A DNA stretch of 63,270 bases, the filler included, from Choristocarpus tenellus KU-1152 (taxonomy: Eukaryota; Protista; Phaeophyceae), in NCBI GenBank assembly GCA_964200185.2. It is 9 parts of 9 records of this genome, joined end to end, with 100 filler letters (N's around TTAATTAATTAA, not from the genome) between each part and the next. Parts side by side here need not be neighbours in the genome. Positions count along the whole stretch, not along the records: positions 52,036 to 63,270 come from CAXNAD020002437.1; 8 more parts are not named here. One strand, given 5' to 3'. The first letter of the stretch is position 1; every line of letters begins with the position of its first letter. Positions 52,058-63,270 of this stretch are shown in pieces. The notes beneath the pieces are model-generated. The model was given only the letters and a program-made list of their open reading frames with translations, made no database searches and had not been told where the DNA came from. The translations under genes and the position numbers were made by a program.

Positions 52058-54773
52058 GACACTATGCTAGGATCAGCCCAGGGCCTGGGGACGATTGGAC
52101 AAAGCCTCTGCTTCAGGCCGGTGTGGACAAGAAGAAGGACCAGTCGTACTTCCTGTCTTCTGTGCCATCATCAGTCTTTTCCAAGGTCGTGTTTTAGTTA
52201 GGGTTAGGGTTAGAGGCGGGGTTAAGATGAGCTCTACCTCAGGGCTAGGGGTTAGGGTTGGGGTTGTGGTATGCGAACTCATCGCGGCCGATTTTGGTTG
52301 GTGGGACCGGGACTGAATGAGTGACTACGACGGAAGCTGTTGGTGGTACTGTAGGTGTACCTACCCACCTTGTACCTTGTAGTGTGTATCCTTGTGTACT
52401 TTGCTGTTGAGATGCTGTCATCTTCTGCCTCCATCACCCTGCAATTATTTTTTGTCCGGTGTCAATCTCCAATTAGTACCTTTTTTTGTCTGTTTTTCTG
52501 TTGCTTGCTGAAAAACTTGGATGTGATCCAGCGGGCGGTGGGGGTGGGGATCCTTGCAATTGTTGTTGATATTGATGACGAGACGTTTGAGAGTTTATAG
52601 GTTGGGGGGATTGGTAAGGCGCGTGAGTCTGTATTATCTGTGGTGGCTTATGGGATATAGTTGAAGTTTTTTGGGGTATAGATTGAAGGTTGGGTGTTTA
52701 AACCTTCTGTGGGGCATTCTGACTACTTGATTGGTCGATTACTATGTTTTGGACCGTTGTCCTGACTGTGAGCTGCCACCCCACCCCTGTTCTATTGGCC
52801 AAAATTGTCCTGATAAAATAGGTTATCTTTCCGTTGGGGGATATGTTGAAAACTGAGGTCAGAGATCTGGCGCTGTCAGCAGAACTCCCCGTGGCTGCTA
52901 AACGCGAGAGCATGGGTGTTTGCTTCATTGGCAAGCGCCGGAGGTGGTCCGATTTTCTGAAGGGTTATTTGGCACCCACAGAGGGTAAATATGGGTGCTC
53001 CGTCTCGCCCTCGCCCTCCTCCCCTGACCCATCTGCCCTGTGGCGTGCACGCTCTGCTCCGACAAGCAGTCCACTGTTGCGGCGGCTGAGTCCCTTGTTG
53101 TAGATCATCTGGAGTCCCAATTCACGTGGATGAATCGATCTCGTTCTGGCCCTTTGTCTCTGACCTTTTTTTTTTTGTGACCCTCCCAATCGCAGCGGGG
53201 GGCTGGGCTCTCTCTGCTACTGTCGATTAAAGGGCGTGTTCTGAGGTTTAATGGTACTAACTTTTTTTTTTTTTTCAGTATTTCTTGCCAGTTTCGGGTT
53301 TGTTGGTGGTACTGTGTGTTCAAGTTACTCTGATGGTGTTGGTGTTGTTACGTACTTTTATGTGCATTTCTTTCCAACACTGAGTCACGCCGTACTTAAG
53401 GTTAGGGTTTGATTGTATTGGGTGGTCTGTTTTTTGTTTTTGTCAAAACTGTGTGCATGTGAGGGAGTGATTTTTTTTATTATTGTGTGTGTGTGTGTGT
53501 GTGTGTTGATTTTACAATACTTTGAATTTGAATTTATTATTCTTTTTGGTTACTCGACTTTGCTGTTTACTTTACCCTCCCCCCCTCCTCCCCTGTGCAA
53601 CTCCTGCAGGTAACTTTATTTGTGTAGAGACTGGAAAGTGTATGGGTAAACACATGGGCTTTGAGCTCTACACTATTGGTGAGACACCCACCCTGGAGTT
53701 GAGTGCGTGTTTGTGTGGAAGATGATGTTAGATGTGGATAGGGAAAGTCTTTCACTTCAGGACAACTCTGCAGGTTTTCTCACTTAGCACTACCGAAACT
53801 GGCATCCTCTGTAGCCCCCCCCTCCCTCCCCTCCCCTCCCCCCCTCCATGTGCTGCAGTTGGTGTCCAGCAACACATTGACCCCTTGGACAAAATGGTCT
53901 ATCGTTGATGTTCAGAGAGTGTTTGTACAAAGTTTTTAACCCCCACTCCCCCTTGTGCTTTTATGGAACAATGGTAAGCAGAGGTGATACAGCAGAACTT
54001 CAACATCAAACCATGTCTGTGACTCTCAAAGATTGTTTGAAAGACGATTTTGACCCCTCCCCCCCTTGTCACTCTCCCTCCCCTTCCCCCATTGCTTGAT
54101 GCTATTTCAAATGGCTCTCTTATACGTGGGTGCAGGTCAGGGTGCAAGCATCTCTGGGACTTCAGAGAAGATGTTTGTGACTTTGGTACACCCTCCCACA
54201 TCATGCGTCCTAGTTGCCCCAGGAACAGGGCACCCATCTCTGTTCTCAGGTGGTCTAGCTGTACGGTTTGAGGATTTCCATTGGGTTGCAGGGTCACCAC
54301 CAGCTGAGCTGCAGGGGGATGGGGAGGAGGGAGAGCCGGAGGGGAAGGGACAGTTGCAGTGCATGTTTCGAATCAGGCATGGGGAAGAGCTTGCCAGCTG
54401 CAGTGTACAACTGTCACGGGACCATCGGATTTTTGAGGGAAATGGATACGATGATTTGGATTGGCTGCAGACCAGGCATAGTGAGGAAGGGGATGGTACT
54501 AGTTATGATGAGGGGGGGCTTGTCCTGCAAATGGAATTTGAGCCGGTCAGGGCGGTTGCACCTGGACAGGTGGTGGCCCTGTATGAAAGGGACGTTTGTC
54601 TGGGGAGTGGGGTGATATTGCGGGCAGAAGCTCCGCTCCAGCCTCTACTCTTTGCCCCCCATGAGAACTTTTGGCCTGACTGGCAGCCCACCAAAGAAAA
54701 TTTAGATAATGAGTCTCAGAACAAGAATCATGCACTGAGGAGGCAAAAATCTAGATACTGGAAGACAAAATAG
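52058..54773 (+). CDS. TRMU: tRNA-specific 2-thiouridylase MnmA/TRMU, organellar type, 3' part (exons 52058-52185, 52822-52984, 53610-53678, 54136-54773)
   Basis: GHYARI, GVDKKKDQSYFL, FPLGDMLKTEVR, KRESMGVCFIGKR, YTIGQGA, RAVAPGQVVALY...CLGSGVI. Splice phases are consistent. Confidence 0.95.
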
Positions 54774-57700
54774 GGGGAAATGGCTTGAAATTGTGTCATA
54801 CGTGTGTTGTGTGATCATTATCTTTAAGTTCTTGTCAGGTTGAATCAATTGTTCCCTTTCCCGTCATCACATGTTGGACTGTTTTCATTGGAGTGTACAC
54901 ATCAGTTCACACACCACCTGACCTCTATGCAGTTCTTGTCAGCACATTCTAGTAATAATGCACACTCAGGACAATGAAACGCTTGCACAGCACATTTTTT
55001 GCTTTGCTAGCACTCACGACAAAGGATAATTGGATCCATGGATGTTACAGATGAGATGGCGCTGAGTATTGTCCTTGACAACAAATGCTGCAGATCAAAT
55101 GATACTGAGCATTTGTTGCACAGCAGGCGTTTTGAGCTATAGTGTTCAGGACTTAGGGTTAGGGTTAGGGTTAGGGTTAGCTAACCTTAATGTTTTTTCT
55201 TTTTTTCATTATGTGTTTTTTCTTCTGCTGTACATCTTCTGATTATTGCTTACTCCGCTTCACAACCTCTGATGCAGAGAATAATAATAATCGAGCTAAT
55301 GACTGCAGGCATTGTTCTAAACAGCAGATGTTGTAGGGTAGATGAGTTCAAGCGTTTTCTGGACAGTAGATGTTACAGAGCATCTGGCACTGAACGTTGC
55401 CCAGACCACCAATGTTAGGCCCAAGTCTATTGTTAGACAACACAGGATGTAGAGGAAATGGACTCAGGTGTTACCTGGACAAAGGGTACCATAGGGCAGC
55501 TGACCCCAGAATGTTGTCCTGGTAGTGGATGTTTCAGATCAAACCGGGCCTAATGTTGTCTTGGATGGCAACTGTAAGGACTGAAATATGGCCAACCTTT
55601 CCGGGGTAACGCTATTCATGGATGGTGTTGAGGGTTACACTTTCCAGAGTGCACATTAATTGGCAAGAATACTGGTGAAGAAGTCCCTTCTTCTAGTGTG
55701 GTGCTGTGATCACATGGTGCGGTAAGATATCTTTCAACAGGGCATTCGATGGTCTGGTAAGGAGCGAGAATGTTTTGCTTGATACTTCACACCTTCCACA
55801 GCAACAACAGAATGCCTTTGCTGTTTGTTACACACAGTAGTGCAGGAGTAGTGCCAAGAACACGAGGGGGTACGGGAGAATGCAAGTTGAAAGGGTCTAC
55901 ATTGGTTCTATGTGATGTAAATGTCGTGTTTTCGTTCCATGGCCTTGAACTTTGTTCTTGGCATCAAAAATTATGTTGGATTGGCAAATAGATGCGATAA
56001 CCATTTTTCTTGCTGCCCCCTTGAACTTTTCCAGTCTATATTACGATTCTAATCTTTCGGCTCTGCTTGTCGGGAGGGACACTATCACTCCTCATGTCCT
56101 TTTTTTTGTATCTCCACGCAATTCCTTTGGTAAATGTATGGATTAGACGTGGTTCCAGCAGTAGACCTCTATTGATACTCTGTTGTAATATCATTTCAGT
56201 TCTGTCGATGGTAAGCCAGCAACATGCAAGAAAACATTTGTTCATGCTCTATTATTTTATTATTATGCCCTCTGACATTTTGTGTATGTGTTAGGGGAAA
56301 AATCAACAAATACTATTCACATGACAGAATAAACCCTAAAAATGTAACAGTTGTCATTAATGTGGAAAACCTTGATCTATTCGCTATTTTACTGCCAGTT
56401 ATGCAACACCGTTCCCTTCCTGTGCCTCTAACCTAGCTTCGTCCTGTATCCAAAGGTGAGCTCTATTAATGTTACTTCAAATTTGTTGATAAACATCGTG
56501 ATGCCATACCGCTCTGCCAAACTCCGATTTCTTGGTTGGGTTGGAATTGAGAGTTTTTTAGGGTTAGTTTTCCACCCTCAAAATGTCCTATTCGAAACTA
56601 TTCTGAACGACTAGATAGAAATCGACACATTCCTTGTGGAAAATAAACCGGGTAGGTAGGACCTTTCAATGGAAACATTCCGTCAAGCACTTCTTCATTG
56701 TGGTGTCAAACCAAACCATGACCACAACTATGTAACCCTGTTAACCAAGCAACTACCTAACTTACAAAACTTCTACATTCCTTCTACAAGTGGATGTATG
56801 CACGAAAAATATGTAGGGATGTAGATATTTCTCTTGTGTGGAAATTGACCTTCTGACATGGCTGATATTCATGCCTCTCAGAGCTTGGAAGCTATGGAGA
56901 TGTATTATCAGTCCATTCAAAATGAGCATCATAAATCGTATTGTATTTTAATGGTTATCAAATATCTTGCACTGGCCCAGTAATTTAAATTTGACCTTTT
57001 GTGTGTGGGCCGTTGACCAATCCAGGCAATACCCGACTTCTAAAGACTATGGTAAGAAATTGAAGTTCGACGGGAGCAGCTCCACATTTACTGATGATCA
57101 CATACACAGACCCAAGCACGGTACACAGTGCATCACATGGTCATACCACAACAACTAAACTGCAACCCTCTTTGTTCTGATGGTGACTGGACTGTTATGG
57201 TCCGACTCTAAACAAAGTGTAGTTTGCTCGAAAGTTCACAGGGTGTGTTATGGCTGAAAAGTGATAAATCGCCTTTAAGTTATGCCTCTTCTCTACATAC
57301 TTTCCTTTTTCAAACAATTTGAAGTGTCCTATCATTGTAAGTCTACTTGTCGATCGTTCTGTCGCTTTGGAGAGGTCCGTAACCACACACTCCTTTTCTC
57401 CAGTTCTCCTTACAACCAAACCAATTGAAAGGTAGGTAGGTTTCGATCGACCCTTTGTATTCCAAGTCGTATTTCTTACCCTGTGCAATACACTATTCTA
57501 TTGTTTTATGGGCACAATAGTGTACGCAAGGTTTTTATTCCCCCACTCCACACAAAAGGTTACACCACAATTTAGCAAAGGCTTTTCTGCAATGGTATAA
57601 AATGGCATCTTCTTGCCCTTCCTCAGGGTCCCTGAAATGCAAATCTGCCTACCTCTCAGTTGGCTTGACTCTTACACTGATGCATCGTGTTATGATTCAA

Positions 57701-58783
57701 TTCTGGTGACACCAAAAACTGGTCAAAAGACAGGTAGTTTGTGACAAGATACGAAATGTTTTTTTGTCATATTTCTGGAGGAGACAACCTATTGCTCCAA
57801 ACTTATCCTGCTCATTGGAATGTCACTCCCAATGTCCAAGAGCCAAGCAGCAAACTGAGAGTGGGAACAAATTGCCTTTTCATGGGAGACTTTCATAACT
57901 GTCCTCGTATTTGGAGGGCCTGATGACCCACAAGGTCAGCATGATCCACATGCAAATATTTTGGATCTTCCTCAATTCGTTATGTACTAGATTCAAAGGT
58001 GAAACACAATGACCACAAAATCTAGGTCAAGACAGTAAATAGATTCTGTCCTCCAGAAAATAATATTTGGAGGATTATTGTGGTATAGATCTACATAAGC
58101 AAAATATACTATCATAATAAATACATTGTTTTGCCGACCAAGGTGCCCAGCCCCCCAATCGCCATGGGAACTTCAAAATTCTAGTGTGGTGTGGTACTTC
58201 CGAGAGCTGGTACTCCAATCAGTGTCACCAATCCACACTTTCCCAAACATCACATTCAGGCTGAACGGGGGCAAAAAGGTCAGGGTTCACCTAATCGCAC
58301 TCACAGTATGGCAAGTGATGGCGTTTCAATGATTCAGCTACCAAAGACAGCGCTTAATGAGGCCCCATGCCCCAAATAGCTCTGAGCATCATTTCCCCGA
58401 ATCAGTCTCTGCTTCTATAAAGCCTTGATGGGACACAAGTGTCACACTGTGTCACATTTCCCATGTTGCAGTACCTCACTACCAAAACACCAAGCCTGGC
58501 ATAAGACCCTTCCCGTTCTTGCACTGAAGTAAACATCCAGTGACCAACATACACTTACCGATTGATGAAAATGCTGACTGGGCTCACCCCTGCCTATATT
58601 GGCACATTTAGGAACCAGACTAAATACAGAATACAGTACTATGAAGTACATAATATCTAATAAAATCCTAAAAAATCCCTCCATGATATTATCCAATACC
58701 GTCTCCAAGAGACGATTTGGCCCTTGCAAGTACCTGGGGAAGCAGGTGAGAGCAGGAAGGGATTTGCAAGGCGTAAGGGTATG

Positions 58784-61700
58784 CTAGTGTACAGATTGAG
58801 GTAAGGGGCTTGGTGTTTTGTAACATGTCCACTCCCATTGATTCCATGCACAACTTGTTGGAAGGGGGAGTCTCAGTTCAGAAGCTTGGGACGAAAAATA
58901 ATGAGAGGGCTGGGAAAGGTATTTTGAAAAATGTATCACATCTGCTGTGATGTCCTGAACGATTTTCACTCAATTTGTACACTAAATTGTTCACCTACAG
59001 TATCAGCAGGTGTGCTAAACAGGAGCAACAGGCGAATGAAACCTCTCCCATTGTTAAAGGATCACTGCAGACATGATTCTCTCCACCTTCCAAGGAGGAC
59101 AAAAAAGAACAAATGGGATCTATCCCATTTCAATACATCACCCAACCATTCAGGACATTCCTAACCTCCTTGCGATATTGAGACAATCTCATTTACATCC
59201 TCAGCATACACACATACACAAAGCAACAGCTTGACGTTGTGTAACACACAAACCTTTTGCAGTTCATTGATGTTGAAGGGCTTTCCCAGCACACCACTGA
59301 ACCCACAGCGTTGGTAGTTTAGTTTGTCAGCATTGCTGACATTCGCGGTCATGGCAATGATCAGCAATCTTGCCCCATCCTTCCGTAGATTCATGCATAC
59401 ATCCTGTCCGTTTGTACGCTATCACCAACAGAAGATACGGTTGGTTTACAGGGCGTGGGAATGGGGAGCGCCATGCCGTCAACACCACGGCATGGAAGGG
59501 GAAGTTACAGCTAAATGATCAATATTAGGTTAGAAAATTGGTTTGTTAAAAAAATGGACCCGAGGCGAGACTTGAACTCGCGACCTCCTCTACCCTAAAG
59601 AGGAATCATACCATCTAGACCACCCGGGCTTATACCTCCACTTTAGACATTACTATATAAATGGTGAACCGTGTCTTAGACCAAGGTTTTAATATTGGGC
59701 GGGTGCGAATGAGGTACGGCTAACGAGAAATCGGAAGGGAATATATATACATCATTACCCTCATTACTCTTCTCCTGATCAGAAATACGTCATTGGGAGG
59801 GTGACAATCGAAGCACAGGCTCTTCATTTCATCGCACACATATGATATTCAATAAACCTGGTATCCTCACTGACATTTTATGCCCAATGAAATTTGGTGG
59901 TCCTGGTGTAATGGTGGGAATGAGACACCAACATTTCACTGCGCACGGCATGGTCAAAATATGCAAAATTCACAAAATATGCAACAGGCTGGTAGGTTCT
60001 TTTGTGAATGCAAACTGAGTTCAACTACACTTGATAGGCCAGTGTGTCCACTTTAAGGCGAATCTGTCCAATATGACACAAAACATGCCTTACGCCACGA
60101 AATTCATTTATGACAATTCTACCAAGCCACAAAGGGTAGCCTTATTGGACGAATTGCCTTGAAACAGAACAATTAATTACTTTCGAATACTCTTATTGAA
60201 ACGAGTGGCTGTCATTGATGAGAGTTGGAAGAAGGGAAAAAAAGTTTGGTTGTGCGAAATAAAATATAGATCCGAGGCAAGAATTGAATTCGCGACCTCC
60301 TCTAACCTAGAGAAAAATCTCACCATCTACTACACACCCGGGCTTGTGTACATTGTACAGAGCACAATATTACTATATAAATAGTACACCCAGCCCTAGA
60401 ATGTGGTTTGGGTCTTTGAATTACTTGATGGACCCATGAGAAATCGGAAGGATTTTTTTTGTCCACAACTCTGGAACTTCTTTTTCTACTTCAGCTTTTG
60501 GTTAGGAATGGCGCGACATCGAAATCCGCAACCTCAGATCTAAGGAGATTCTATGAGAGCACTAAATGACCAACCAATTAGCAATGCTTCTTCTCCTGAA
60601 CATTCAAATCTCACCCCTCCACCACCTAGTCAAAATTGCCTTTACAAGAGTTGCTTCTCACCTCCATGATGATGTCCAGTAGAAGAATCTCAAACATTTC
60701 ATCCAACGACTCATCCTTGCATAGGCCATCCACCATATCCCCATCTTCAAGCTCATGAACCATGTACCCCAGCTTATTCAGCATCTTGGTGGTCATGAGA
60801 CGAACAAAAGGGTCATCATCCACCAACAAGACACGGAGCCTGTTCAGGAACCAGCACAAGAGAGCCCCAGGGGAAAGTGCCACCAGCGACATGCCATCAT
60901 CAGTGATTTGAGTGTGTGACACATTAGGATAGCACCAAGGGTGAGCAGAACGAGGTGGGTTGTTACAGGGCAAGAGAGTGTGGAAGGAGGGAGGACATAC
61001 ATTGGTAGAGCAGGTGGGTGCGCAATGGAAGGTAGGGGGTAGATGTGAGGCATTCCTTGGGGAAGCAAGAGATAGCAGCTGCCAGCAACACAAGGAAAGG
61101 CGCCCAGTGCATACTTACAGTTCACAACGGTGGATTACCACAAAAGGGGCAGGTGTTTTGGGCTTTTGCCGTCACCACTATACCTTGCACCATTAAAACT
61201 CACCACCTTCAACATATTCAGTTAGTGGCAATCCTTTAATTGCCTGGAAAACTGGTTGGTCTGTTGCATATTGGAGTCCTATTTTGCACTCAGGTCCGAT
61301 CAACCGCATGCGCTAAAAAAAATAAGTTTGAATGCAGTACTTTATATATATATATATTCCATATGATAACAAGCAAAGGGACCTGCCCCCTAACCCCTTA
61401 GTGGGTGCTAAGGGTTGGCGACAATGCCCTAGGTGAAAGTTTGATATCTGGAGACGTTCAAGACATGTCTCTCAGCTCTACACCGTTGCTTAGAAATGGC
61501 TTAGCGTACACGCCACCACAATAATGAAAGTACAAACTCTAATTTTATGTTGTTCTCAAGGACTACTTAGAGAGTCAATTTTGTTTTTCATTTTTTAGAG
61601 GAACGTGACTCTTCTACACTCAAAATATATATTTACTTTGAATATTAGTCGTATTGATAGAAATGCAACTTCCAATCAACTTCCACGAAAAAATATTGCA

Positions 61701-62393
61701 TTTTCTGCGTGTATCGATGCATCAAGCTTTCAAAAAATGGCAGCTTGTATTGATTCTTGAGCACTGTTCCTCCTCCACAACCAGATCAGATAGGAGTACA
61801 TCTTCATTGTGCACTGAAACACCAAACCAAACTGTGTGTACTCCCCCAAAACTTGAAAAACATAGTGTTTTTTAAACTAGAAGTACTCACAACACTAACT
61901 AAAAATGATACATATCAACACCAAAATATCAACAACTCCCTCAAGTAACTCGAATCAATTCAAGTCCACAATTGAAAACCCTCAGCCTACCTCCCTCCCC
62001 CCTCCAGTCCACACCCTATATGCTACATTTAAACACTCACCCTGATCCCACCCGTCCAACTCGAGGGTTGTCCTCATCAGAGGAATTACCCTCATCAGAA
62101 TAGCCATCCTCATCAGAGTTCCAGCTTTTATCAGCATCACTTCCATCATCGTCCTCACTACTGACTAATCCACCACTGGCATCACTTGTCTCTGGCGAGA
62201 GCAGAGGAGGCAAATGCAAGAAACCCAGATATTTCAACCCAGTGCCATCTGGTGTGCTGTTAGAGCCACCCCCCAAAGCCAACAGGTTAGATCCGTCAGG
62301 TTTGGTGGGAGCACCAGGGAGGTTAAGGACACCCCGGCGGGCTGCAGTAGCACTAGCGGCTGCCAAGGCAGCCATAAGAGTCCCCTCCTTGAT
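58784..62393 (-). CDS. 3' part of a two-component receiver (REC) domain protein, probably a hybrid histidine kinase (exons 62041-62393, 60662-60839, 59254-59418; tentative last exon 58784-58954)
   Basis: Spliced GLRVLLVDDDPFVRLMTTKMLNKLGY...ILLLDIIME|RTNGQDVCMNLRK...IIAMTAN...GFSGVLGKPF. The acidic pocket, phospho-Asp, Thr and Lys-Pro are all present. Confidence 0.85.
59557..59629 (-). tRNA. tRNA-Pro (anticodon AGG), intronic
   Basis: GCCCGGG TG GTCT AGATGGTA TGAT T CCTCT TTAGGGT AGAGG AGGTC GCGAG TTCAAGT CTCGC CTCGGGT C folds as a full cloverleaf with A and B boxes and C73. A T7 run follows. Confidence 0.95.
59651..59662 (-). promoter_or_regulatory. TATA-like element (TTTATATAGTA) about 22-33 nt upstream of tRNA-Pro
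   Basis: The motif is conserved at a similar distance upstream of the duplicate copy (about 60371-60382) while surrounding bases diverge. Confidence 0.5.
60269..60343 (-). pseudogene. Decayed duplicate of tRNA-Pro(AGG)
   Basis: GCCCGGGTG...AGATGGT...TAGG.TAGAGGAGGTCGCGAATTCAATTCTTGCCTCGGATC. D and anticodon stems are broken and the B box is mutated. Flank motifs (TACTATATAAAT, GAGAAATCGGAAGG) are also duplicated. Confidence 0.85.
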
Positions 62394-63160
62394 CTGTGAG
62401 GGAGAGGGGAAGGGGGATTGAGGGATTGACTTGGGGAGCTGGTGGGGCAATATGAAGAGCAACATTTCCACCAATGGGATGGGCCAAGTATCGTACTGAG
62501 TTAATAGTATGCATTTTACCTACCCCTAACCCTACACATGGTCTATCCCTTTACCTTGCCACTATCCCACTACTTTTCCACATATCAAATAGTGTCTACA
62601 CTAAGAACTATGTAGTCAGGCACAACAGTACACACAATGATTAAATTGATACCTGATTGGTGTTTTGCACCACCAGCTGGAGTGATCCATAGCCCCAGAG
62701 TTTGTTGGATATCAGCCCCAGAGCGATCGACAAGAGGACACCATTAACAGTGTAATTACAGCGATTACAGCAGGGGATGAATCCAGAGGTAAGGACACAG
62801 TGGTGTGGACAGGTTAGAGTAGTAGAGTAGTCAGATGGGTAAACAAGTATCATGTAGTAGTTCCTCAAGAAAACTGATATGGACAGACAAATGACAAAAA
62901 TATAGAATAACACGTTGGTTGTACACTATGTCACATTACGTCATGCTACAGTACATACAGTAGAGCCCTGTCACCAACCACTAAAATACAAACACAACCC
63001 ATTCATCTAACTCATAGCAGGAAATGTCATTGCTGTCATTATCCTAGCGACACATGCTCACACTTCCTTAAATCCCAAACACTAAAAAAGCATCCAAGCA
63101 AAAAAAAAACATTACAGCCCAGGACAATGATATGTTTGGAAAGGGGCTAACCTCCCTCCC

Positions 63161-63193
<33 letters not shown>

Positions 63194-63270
63194 AAAGAGG
63201 GAAGAAAAAAAAAAAAAAAAATTTTTTTTGGAGACTGGGGGGGGGTGGGGGAAAAAGGGGGGGTTTAAAA

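Noticed and set aside
59590-59600. TTAGGG inside the tRNA as a telomeric insertion
   Set aside because: It is the normal Pro(AGG) anticodon loop TTAGGGT.
52058-59629. Functional link between TRMU and the nearby tRNA-Pro
   Set aside because: MnmA/TRMU thiolates U34 of Lys, Glu and Gln tRNAs in organelles. tRNA-Pro(AGG) is not a substrate.

Overview
Eukaryotic, intron-rich genomic DNA with GT-AG introns and short interstitial (TTAGGG)n runs. Gene content points to a brown alga or related photosynthetic stramenopile (inference). The window is nine contigs joined by artificial 100-nt spacers (N-run + TTAATTAATTAA + N-run), so adjacency across spacers is not trustworthy. Hand-splicing recovers: two paralogous multi-pass membrane protein genes (3' parts only), an ankyrin-repeat gene head-to-head with a 2OG-Fe(II) dioxygenase gene, a mucin-like membrane protein gene, the 3' part of tRNA 2-thiouridylase (MnmA/TRMU), and a receiver-domain gene whose intron hosts an intact tRNA-Pro(AGG) plus a decayed duplicate. 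Transposable element relics include an internally deleted Ty1/copia, a mariner-type transposase, a CRE-like non-LTR fragment and a MITE family. The standout is an intact 12-13-exon gene of about 1,200 aa (about 19.6-29.1 kb, minus strand). It fuses an IDO/PrnB-superfamily heme dioxygenase domain to an FNR-type FAD/NADPH reductase and a C-terminal cytochrome b5, with no flavodoxin domain. This makes it a candidate self-sufficient, self-reducing heme enzyme of unknown substrate.
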